Shown piece by piece: positions 1 to 10,452 of a DNA stretch of 64,000 nucleotides; the stretch's first letter is position 1, and each line of letters begins with the position of its first letter. A model generated the notes under the pieces. That model had not been told where the DNA came from. It saw only the letters and a program-made list of their open reading frames with translations, and did no database searches. Position numbers and translations under genes: made by a program. Source of the DNA: Auanema rhodensis (Eukaryota; Animalia; Nematoda); assembly GCA_964057225.1 (NCBI GenBank), contig OZ059900.1, positions 6,634,001 to 6,698,000 on the forward strand. Direction: 5' to 3'.

Positions 1-585
1 TTCTCAAATGTCGTCTGAAGGTAGATATGGCCTTCTGAATGCGAAATATCAAAACATATAAAGTCTCATAACTCTTTTCACAGTGAGAATAAAGAAATTT
101 GCTTTTCATATTTGAAATCAGCATTTCAAGCTCTATCAGAAAGCACCCTCAATTTTTAAAAAACTGGAAATTTTTATTTCTCAATCCAGAAATTGGCCGA
201 ATTCTCGATTTTTCAAAATTTCAAACTACTCCAATCTTCAATTTAGGTAGCTTTTCTAAAAGATCTTTCTGCGTAGAGTTCAGATCCGCAAAACGTTTTC
301 AGAAAAACTCAACAGTTAAGGTGATATAGCGTTTCAAAGTCACGTTTTTAATTTTATATCTCATCTTTATGAGGCTATAACTTCTATACTAGACCTGATA
401 GGATACCAACTTTTGATGACATCAAAGAGTTCATCTTCCACCGCCAGGCTGATTAATCAAAATTAAAAAATATTAATTTTTAACTGAGTTACGTAGCTCA
501 AAAGTTCAAAAAAAAGGACTTTTCACAATTCAAATCTATACGACCGTTTTTTGGATTCTCGATTGATATTGATTTTCTTAAAAAA

Positions 586-656
586 CTGATCCTGGTATCG
601 AACCCTGTAGCGTATCCTGCGATCCATGCAGTAGACCATTAAGCCATACTGTTCAG
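586..656 (-). pseudogene. tRNA-like / Pol III element (A box, B box, T6 terminator)
   Basis: On the minus strand: TGGCTTAATGG (646-636), GGTTCGATACC (604-594) 31 nt later, then TTTTTT (585-580). The cloverleaf stems pair poorly, so this is not a functional tRNA. Confidence 0.5.
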
Positions 657-874
657 AATAGTTAGGATTTCTTCTTCTAGTTCAATCAGGAATGATGTTT
701 TTTTTTAACTTAAAAATTCAATATCAGAACCGTCCGAAAGTTTTCATATTGACAAGTTTCGTCCCGAATTTTAAGGTTTTCCTGGCAGATCTTATCAATA
801 TGATTCGAGTTTATAGAGAAACTTTGAAGTTATAGATTTCATTTCGAGTAGAAGAGATAAGCACATAGAGTTAC

Positions 875-894
875 AGAGAGAGAGAGAGAGAGAG
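875..894. repeat. (AG)10 microsatellite
   Basis: Read directly from the sequence. Confidence 0.9.
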
Positions 895-1551
895 TGAAAG
901 AGTTTTTTTGTTTTTTTTTCAACATTCTTAGAGAGGATTTGAACCAATGAGAGTTTTTCACTGACCTGGAACACATCAAATACACCAAGATGTTATATTA
1001 CTCAATCTATTAATATCAATTAACTTTTCAAGGCAAACTTTATTTTGTAATTTGAAAGACTTTGTGATTTGTCATTAAAAATTTTGATCACTTTGTTGTA
1101 CAAGCATTCATGCTCCAGAAATCTTGTAGAGCAAAAGGGTGCTTCACATGTTTATTCTTCAAATATTAATATGATATATGAATATATATTCAATTTATCG
1201 ACTTTTGATAAAAACAGTATATTGTAAATTCAAATTAATCGATAACGATGGTTAAATTTTTGAAAAACATTATTAGAATTTTAATAAGAAATAATACATT
1301 TTTCTTATTATTATCATTTAGTGTTTGTTCTATTCAAATATAATAAATGTTTATTCCAAAAACAAAGCAATTCACAAGTAGAGTTGAAACATGTGTTTCA
1401 GATTTGTATTTTCACTTCAACATCAACAAAATTCAAAAATAAGTTCTGTTCATGAGATGTGAAATAGTAATAAATATACATTTTATAAATAAATTTTCAG
1501 TTTATTTTGTTTTGTTTCATATGCTGTGTCCCAATTTGTATTTTATCTGTA

Positions 1552-3503
1552 TCATGCTACTTGAACATAGCTGAATGGAAATAGACCAGACTGTAATGAG
1601 GTTATTGAAATGTATATAACAATTTGTTTTACCTCTCCATTTGGTTTACGCCCAGTGCACCAACCTAAGCTATCTGGGGGTGACAACAGTTCTATTATTT
1701 CGCCTTCAAAAAAATATGTAAAGATTCATTTTGATTAAATTTTAAAAACTGATTTGAGATTAAATTTGAAGAGATTTATCAAAAATTGAAAAATAATATC
1801 ATTCAAATCAAGATAAAAACCAAAATATGTTTGTTTTCACCTTTTTCTAGAGAAATCTCATCGCTTTCTACCGACGTATAGTCGTAAAGAGCGGTTGCTG
1901 AGGAGTTTCCATTCGACTTGTTAATAGGTAATGGTGTTCTATAAGCTGGAATTTTTGTGTAGGCAAAGCAATCGTTGTAGTCGCTGTGTTTTGCTGAATC
2001 TTAAAATTTTTAATGTATTTTGTCGATATAAGTATGCTTTGAAACCTCTATCAGAGCTATTTGCAGATATTGGTCGATTTTCCGAAGGAATTTCATCAGT
2101 AGAATTATTGTCAGCTGTCTGATTCCATCCATTGGACTGAAAATTACAAATAAGATGTTGCATATATGTTTATAATACCTGAGCCGAATTTTGACGAGAA
2201 GCTTCTACGTGCGTTTTACTTACTATATCATCGGATTTTATGGTTTGCTTCATAAGTACTACTTCATCTGTATTTTTCTTGCTGTTCGTATTTCTTCCAC
2301 TGATATTTCTCATTTCGGGTGAATAGTCCTATATAACTATGATTATATACCTATTATCCTGCTCGTGAAATACCTCAAATTCCGGCCATTTTGTAGGTGC
2401 TTCAACCCCATTTCTTTTAGACCATTTTATCATATCAGCCGTGAGCGCAGTAGAGTCAAGGCTTCTCAACGTTTTATCAAGTTCATTGTGATGATGAACA
2501 AATCTTCAAATATATTTTAATGAGAAATTAAAATTCAATAACTTATACTCTTACTTATCATTATTTATCAGTTCAGATAATATAATCTCTGTTGATTTCA
2601 TTTGATCAATAAAGAAATTACAGCGATTCAGCTCATTAGCCTGGCATTTTTCAAAAACAAAAGTCATGCTTTCAATGTACGGAGTTCTGAAATAAATATG
2701 CTAACTTCATATTCCGATTAATAAGTCTACCTGTACTGCGTTAACTCATTCAATATTCTTTGATAATCTTCGCGAGTTTTACGAGTCTCTTCCTTGCATT
2801 TTTTTAATCGGTCTTGTAATTTTTGAGCTGTGTCTTGGGAGATAGAAGTATCAGCTTTTGAGTTCTGTACTGCAACTTCAGCAGTTTTTTCCATACTGCA
2901 AGCGTTATGATATTGTTTCTTGTAATTCTCCATTTTATCATGAATTTTTTTCCAATGTCTTTGTGCCTGAAACTCGAAATTTCAAACATTTCATGTTATT
3001 TGATATCTCTTTACCTTTTCAAACTCATCTTCTATTTCTCTGCATTCTTTTGGGGCTCGGAAAGCAGAAATATGATAATTTTCTTTACGGAACGAAGATA
3101 TATCCTTTACAACCTTTTCTACAAGATTGCGCCGAACATCGTCATGAACACTGGCTAAAGAGTCTGCTTCAGAAATAATTCCTTGCCAAGCAGTTCGAAT
3201 GCTGCTATCAGTTGTTATACTGAAATAGTTGAAATCTAATACTTTTAAAAAGATATTGTTCAAACTCAATTGAATGATTTCTCCATTTTTCAGTGAACAT
3301 GTTTAACGATTTAATGTATTTTGCCTCCAAATCAGCTCTTTCTTTCAGCATTTTCGAGTAATCTTCCAACTGATCAATGCCATCCTAATGAAAATTGTAA
3401 ATAATTTAATGTATAAAAATCTATCAACTCTCACTTTAATACGTCGAACATTATTCTTGAAGCATCCGATCTCCCAAAATCCGGGGGTTTGAACGTGTGC
3501 CAT
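1552..3503 (-). CDS. sdpn-1: Syndapin/PACSIN (F-BAR + SH3 domain protein), 11 coding exons, ~466 aa
   Basis: Exons in transcript order: 3503-3435, 3384-3266, 3219-3015, 2966-2731, 2686-2555, 2503-2374, 2328-2179, 2136-2046, 1999-1841, 1703-1633, 1590-1552. All introns are GT-AG, phases are consistent, and the total is 1401 nt. The protein starts MAHVQTPGFWEIGCFKNNVRRIKDG (PACSIN FWE.G...R..DG motif) and contains ERADLEAKY, SIRTAW, FEKAQRHWKK, YIESMTFVFEKCQ and WPEFEDYS. It ends in an SH3 domain (ATALYDY...DEISLEKGEII...GWCTG...GLFPFSYV). Confidence 0.95.
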
Positions 3504-3712
3504 ACATACAGAACTTGAGTGAGCTATTCAGCCACCTATAAAGTATAACTAATCGAAAAAGTATTTCAAATATAAGAGAATATATTTGCATACACCAAAG
3601 AATATGATATTTTAAATGAAATATAGAAAAGACAACAAGGATGAAAAAAATTCAAAAATCAAAGGTCATTTCAATAAATTCGTTTTATAATCATCTTCGA
3701 TAGCTTTCTTAC

Positions 3713-3764
3713 TTGTCAATTAAACAAATATTTGGTGAAGAATAAAATGGCGTGAACGTCGAAA
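3713..3764 (-). other. Candidate non-coding 5' exon of syndapin
   Basis: Acceptor caatag at 3765 and donor gtaaga at 3712. The next acceptor (ttatag, 3536) lies 32 nt upstream of the syndapin ATG. Confidence 0.4.
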
Positions 3765-6700
3765 CTATTGATTAAAGTGAAAATCAAAAAAAGAGAAATG
3801 TTTCTCAAATATTAAAAGCTTGTATTTAATCGAAAAAAAACATAGAAACAATAACATTAAAACAGTAACAAATTCATATTTTTTTCTTCTATTCAATGAA
3901 AAAAAATAAAAATTGGTTTGCTACGATCAAAATAAAGATAAATATGAACGAAAACGCATAGTTTATTTTTCATTTGATGAGTGCAGTAAAAAAATTGTTG
4001 ATAATTGGTCAGGTGCTTTAATATAAATTCATTTTGACGTCTCTACCTGTTCTGCACTATGTACACACTCTTCTACACATCTAGTGAAAACCATATACAA
4101 TGAGCTCAATCATGCGCAACAGTTATCAATTTATTGAATTAAAATCAATATTTGATAAAAAAGAATTATAAATTATACATATGAGTTATATATGCATAAG
4201 CGTATGAACTGGACTAAAGATCCTCAGAGAAAACAATATTTTTTGATTTCAATTACAAAATCACGGGAATGATTCAAGCAATTTTTGAAAAAAATTTGTT
4301 CGTTCGGATTGAAATGGGTAAGTCTGTTGAAAATAGTTTGAAAACATAGCTTGTTGAGAAAAACGCTGAAAGCTCGCGTTACAAGCTGAGTAAACATAAA
4401 GACAAAAAATTTTCAAAAAAATGGAGAAGACACAGACTAAGAAAGTGCGGAAAGATTCTATTGTGAGCAAGAACGAGAAAGGATATAGTAGGAATAAACT
4501 GGAAGCTGTGGTATTGTTAAATTAGTGAAGCACGCCAAAATTTGTGAGAAGTGATGAAAACGGAAAATAATAAGAGTGAGGAGATCTGCATGAGTATGCA
4601 AAAGAAATATGAAAAAGGCCGGCACGTAGATTGATAAATAAACAGTTCACAGTTATAAGAGAATTAGGCAAGTATGAGAAAATAAGATATGAAGTGAGTA
4701 GGAGATACGTTTTCAAAAGCCCCAACATCGTTGCCCGCAAGAGATAAGAGGTCTGGAGAAAAGGCAAACTGATAGAATTATGTGATAGGCAACGTAAGAA
4801 CGGAATAAGAGATAAAAAGCAAGAAACTAAAAATTAGAATGATAATACCTAACAACATAACAATAGTTTTCAATCCGTCTACAACAGCAAAGTCTGACAT
4901 TTCTTCATTTTCTGGTTCAAAAACTTTAGCGAAGCGGAATGAAAGAAAAAACAAATAAGGCAATGAGCGGACAAAATAGGGAACACAAAACAGTTCGACC
5001 CGCCCACCCTCATCACCATCGCTGACAACGAGTTTGGAGGATTTTCAAGCAGCGCATTGATGAAACTAGCATCAGCTTCCAAAACTAGTGCTTAGATCAC
5101 TCAAGCTGCCTCACATGTAGTGTTCTAAAAAAGAGGACAATCCGTTTAGAAACACGGCTGGTATGAATGCAAACGGTGACAACCAAGAGCGAAGAAGCTA
5201 CAGAAATAGAAAGACAGCTTAGACAAAAGTCAACAATAGCATGAAGGCATAGAACGAACATAATAACAATGTACAAATAAAGATTTTTTTTAAAACTCAA
5301 CAAAACAGTATCCACATATAGTTTCGTTGATCAGAAAAGAGAAGATACTATGAAAATAACAATCTTCGCAGCAAATTTGTGACATAACAATTGTACAATT
5401 ATTATGCTTGCTATACGTAAATTTTGACAATGCACGCAATATGTTGAGGATGGTGTGCAATCGTCGAAACACCGCCTTATCCTTCACTTATCTTCTGACC
5501 TTCGTCGCATAGTTCTTCATGTTGACCATTGCACTGTACAAATGCGAACGGAAGAGAAGCTACGATGACCGAGGCGACAAGATTAGTAAAGATGAATATG
5601 AGATGCAAGCAGACGATTTCGCATATAGATAATGAGATACACGGAGTGCGCTAAAATAGAGTAAAGAAAAGGGAACTGATGTGTTATTAATTTTTCAGAG
5701 AGGTAAACGAATTATATGTACGAATATAGAAAATACGCGGAAGACCATAGCTAGTTAACAGAGCAAAGGGATTATGAACAACATAGGCACACACAAGCAG
5801 AGTATTGAAGACGGATTGGGTCTTTAATCTTTCTCTTTCTCCTATTTCTTCTTCTTTCTCTTTCTTGCTGTTTTGTATATAGTCTCTCTCTTACTTACTT
5901 TTACCGCAACTCCCACAACCAAACAGTCTGAAATACAACAAGAATAACTGACAACATATAAAATCTTTTCAGCTAAGATGAAGTCACGTGTAAATGCTTA
6001 AACCAAAGAAAGGGTTAAGCAGGTCACCAACTTTACAAAAAAACTTTGCACATACTATTGGAGATCACAAAGCTGATACGAGTTTCATGAATCATTCAAA
6101 TTTAAAAAATTCACACTATAATTTTGAGTTTTTATAGCTTCACAGTATGAATTTTGGCAATTAACAAGAGTTATAACGCTTGTGAAACTGTTTTGCAGAC
6201 TATCAAATATCAGAAAAATGTTGAATGAATATCATGCAAGAAAGTAAGCTATAAAGATTTTGGCGTGATTATTCGAAGGTATACACACTGATAGCATGCT
6301 CAAAACTATTTTATTTTCAATAGTAGTGAAAAACAAAAAAATAACCTTTTAAATTTAAAATTGTGACAAACATACGCATAAAACAAAGTTCATAAGCTTG
6401 CAAAATTCTCAAATACAAAACAAATAGCTTAATAGTAAGCAAAATATATTTTTCTATTTGCTTATAAGAAAGTAAGCAATTAACAGCATTGTTTCATATA
6501 TTATCATTTTCTGTATTCATTATTCGAAAAAAAATGGGCTAGAAATCAAAAATAAAAATTATTTTTAAGAAAACGCGTTATATGTCGTTTAGTGAAGTGT
6601 CACTCACACACTTATTCAATCCTTCACATTTCTAATTTCGTAGGCCAATTATTATTACGAAGTGTTTCAAATACAGCCATGTCATTTGCCTCCACTTAAG

Positions 6701-9700
6701 CAAATTTGAAAAAAAAATATAAAAGATAGAAGTTAATGAATAGAAGAATTGGATATTCCAACAACAAAATTGCAGACGTGAAAGGCAGAAAAAATTTTCT
6801 CTTATCTATTGAACATTAAAATTTATTATGACGAAATAAAAATGATGAGCAAATGTATATCAATTCATCAATCACATTATTAATTTTTAAAGAAAAACTG
6901 TTCATAAAATATTTTAGATATATACTAAACTTAAATTCAAAGAAAAATCTGTGAATTTAATAGAAACTCTGCATTAAGTTACGAAAATGGCATAATGAAT
7001 AGAATTATCGATTGAACAATGGTGATTGTTATAGTCAGTCAATTTTGAATACCCTATTCAAACATCTGTATTGTGATTGCCGGCAAAAAAATGGCGCCAA
7101 ATCTATAAGATATACAAAGAGTTTGAAATGTGAGGTTATAATAATGGGCAGTTTGAACGTAAAAGATTGACGTTGATGTTCATGTTCAATTTAAAAGAGA
7201 AAAACAAGGGCAGTTCCGATAAAACGACAGATGATGTGACAGTAATGTATAGTGCTGATGAATAATTTATATCTTAAGGTGCTTTCTTAATTATATGGCT
7301 AAAATAGGAGAAAACATGTTAGATGAAGATGATTCAAACTAAACTTAGAAATTAGATATAATCTATAACTGAAAAGGTAGAAACATTCTTAAGTATAGTT
7401 GATTTGTAGGGCTGAAAAACAATAAACAGGTTTGTTTTTTTCTTTCCTGTTATCTCAGTGATTAATCATGTTATACATTTATTCATTTATTTACTATATA
7501 CTTTTCTATCAGTTTTATATTCGTCAATCTTTCATGTTCTCAAATTTGCTAGAAATGATTAAATATAATTTTATCTTAAAAGAACAAGTGTGTGAGTGTT
7601 ATTCTGATATATTTTTTCATCGTTTCTTCACATTTTCCGCCTATTTTTGTTCTTCTGTATCATTTTAAACATACACATATTTGATTAAATTGAAAAAAGA
7701 AACATAACAATGATTCGGAAGTCTTGATATTTACTGGAGTAAATTTCATATATACATCCACGAAAAAAATACATGGTATTTAATACTCTGTTATACACAT
7801 AATTACAAGTATTCTAAGAAACCGGACATACACATGGATACTTATACTTATAATACATAATAGCAATATTTAAATAAGAATAGACTAAGATAATTATATA
7901 ATTATGATTTAAAGAACAAGCTGAAAATGAGATAATAAAACGGAAAAATGTGACCACGAGAAAATATAGGGTGGGCTTTAGGGTTGCAGAACGGGCTGTA
8001 GAGATGCAAAATGAAAGGGAGGAGAGAAGAGATTGTTTAGCTTATTATACGTAGCACATATAATACATTAACAGATGTTCAAATTTCGTAGATTATAAGA
8101 TAAGTGGCCATGGTGAGGGAGAACGGTTGGTACAGGATAAAGTAAATAATGCTATAATAGAGTATAATACCCTTAACGGGAAGAGAGACATGAGATATTA
8201 GAAATGAAAATATTGCCCTTTAGAAAAGAGCATTATGTAAGAGAGGGTGGGAAGAGGGAGAGAGAAAAAGAGAGAGAAAAGAGAGGGTGGAAGAGAAAAA
8301 AGAGACTTGTTCTAGAACGGTTTCTTAATTATAATTGGATAATTAAAATTTTAATTTTCCTAGACTACACAAGATTTTGGCTAACCAGCTGCCATATAAG
8401 GCCTATAAACAAAATATTTTCTATGTACGAGTTCATGTACACAGTGAGCTCGAGCTGAACATGAATTTCTTCAATAAATGAATACATGAACTCATCCATA
8501 AAATACCCTTAAAAGATGTAAGAAGATAGAGAAAGCAAAAAAAAGTTTTTCTAAGAGCTCGGAATCAGAAACGAACAAGGAAGGGAGCTTGAAGTGTAAA
8601 GAAAAAGAGCTTGAGTAGCTAACTATATGCATAAGTTCTTCTAATTCATACATACATTTAGCCATGATTTTATATATATAGGGATAAAAAGTTTTGGAAG
8701 AAAACAAAACAATCAACCAGAAATGAGAATAGCCTAGGAGACAAATGCTAGAAAACAAACTTGCAACTATGTAATTGATCTTTAATAGTCAAGTATAGAA
8801 ATCAGGATCTAATCGTTTCATTTTCCAAACAATTTTGTTGCAAAACTGTACTCGATGGACACCATTTTGGACCGTAAATGGATGCCATTTGCGTATATCT
8901 CAATGGAACAAGTGGATGAATGCTATTACTGAAACGGTGACGAGAAAACGAATAAGATGGTGGCTTCAAGTTTATGTTCAAGAATAGAGAAAGAAAGGGC
9001 TGGTTTAGGAAAATCATGCATGGTACACCGAAAATAGGGAAAATCATAAGATTTGATGATGCAAATTGTGTAAAATCCCCGTTTTGCGTGTTATGAGATG
9101 GAATCAAAATATAAGATTATATGATATTCATATAAGAAACGAGTTGAGAACTTATTCGCAACAGTTGTTACTATAACTGGGGTTGTGATGCAGCATTCAG
9201 CGACATGAAAACAATATGAATGTACATACTTGTCTAGCAGATCATAATAAAAATATTATAATTCAAATTATAATACTTAATTTCATAGCTGACTGTACAA
9301 GGATCCACGGGAAGCAACGAGATTGTAAGGGAAGATATATTAAATGGCTCACTGAGCTCAGATATCATTATCAGAGATTAGGAATTGAGGTCTCGAGATA
9401 GCCAGGACAGTTAGGTTCGGGTGCTGGGTATAAGAGGTTTGGGAGGGTATGCGGTTGGCAAAACTGTACAATAAGTCAAACTCAACAACATAAGTGGAAA
9501 ATAAAAAATTGGATAAAGGATCTAACGGAACAACACATTGGAAATATAACGGCTAGAAGGTATTTTTATTTTTTTTTCAGGTCATATCTCTAAATTTTTT
9601 TCATATTTGGTAACATAATAATTAATAATAATTAATTTCAAAAAAAAAATAGGAAAATTAAAGTAAAACCTTATATATACATACAACCAGGTATACATAT

Positions 9701-9874
9701 TGTATAAAGTTTTTGGAGACCCATGAATATCTAATATCATCATCTTTTTAGGCTATACATAATGTACATAACTATTATATTATTCATATAGTATATAGTA
9801 TATATATTTATATACTTATACACTCATATTTGAATTGAAAAAATTGAATTTAAAACTTTGGACTGTATACTCAC

Positions 9875-10280
9875 CTAGGGATTGATCAATTGTGGAAACA
9901 TAAAAACATGCGTTGGAATTTGGTATAATCATCGGGCATAGAAATGTACTCGTGTCACAAATCGTGTTAGAGAAAGGTATGACGGGCGAGATGGTATCGA
10001 AGTGCTTGCTTTCAAGATAAAAAAAAGCAGAAAATCAAAAGAAAAATAGTAAAACACTCGAATAAGGTGTGAACTGTACATGAGACAAAGCCCAGAGGCG
10101 AGAGGAGGAACAGTAGCCTTGATAGATAAAGGGAAACAGGACGTGAGATAGTCATATACCAGATACTTTCAGTCATATCTGATACATGTTTCATGCATTT
10201 TGCACACCTTCAAATTGAACGGTGGTGGATAACGTTCAGATATTCAGATGAAGGCTCAGAATTATGAGATAAAGATATAT
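9875..10280 (-). other. Probable 3' UTR exon of unkempt
   Basis: Donor gtgagt at 10398 (54 nt after the stop), pyrimidine-rich acceptor ttctctcctag at 10281, and a further donor ag|gtgagt at 9874. The intervening segments are AT/TA-repeat rich, like introns. Confidence 0.5.
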
Positions 10281-10452
10281 CTAGGAGAGAAATTGAAAAA
10301 TAAAACATAGAATATATATATATTATATATACATATATGTATATCATGTGTACAAGATGTTTTGACGGTATCCAGTTGTTCATCGCTTAGCTACTCACAT
10401 AGCATCCAAGCTTGTCAACATGTCTCCCGGCAAAAAACCAACACACGGAAAG

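Noticed and set aside
1-34. Possible minus-strand exon after an attcag acceptor at the window edge
   Set aside because: Too short and truncated to assign a frame or product.
4464-5534. 7-mer seed matches to miR-87, miR-124, miR-71 and miR-92/235 in the putative UTR
   Set aside because: Isolated 7-mers are expected by chance in several kb; conservation data would be needed.
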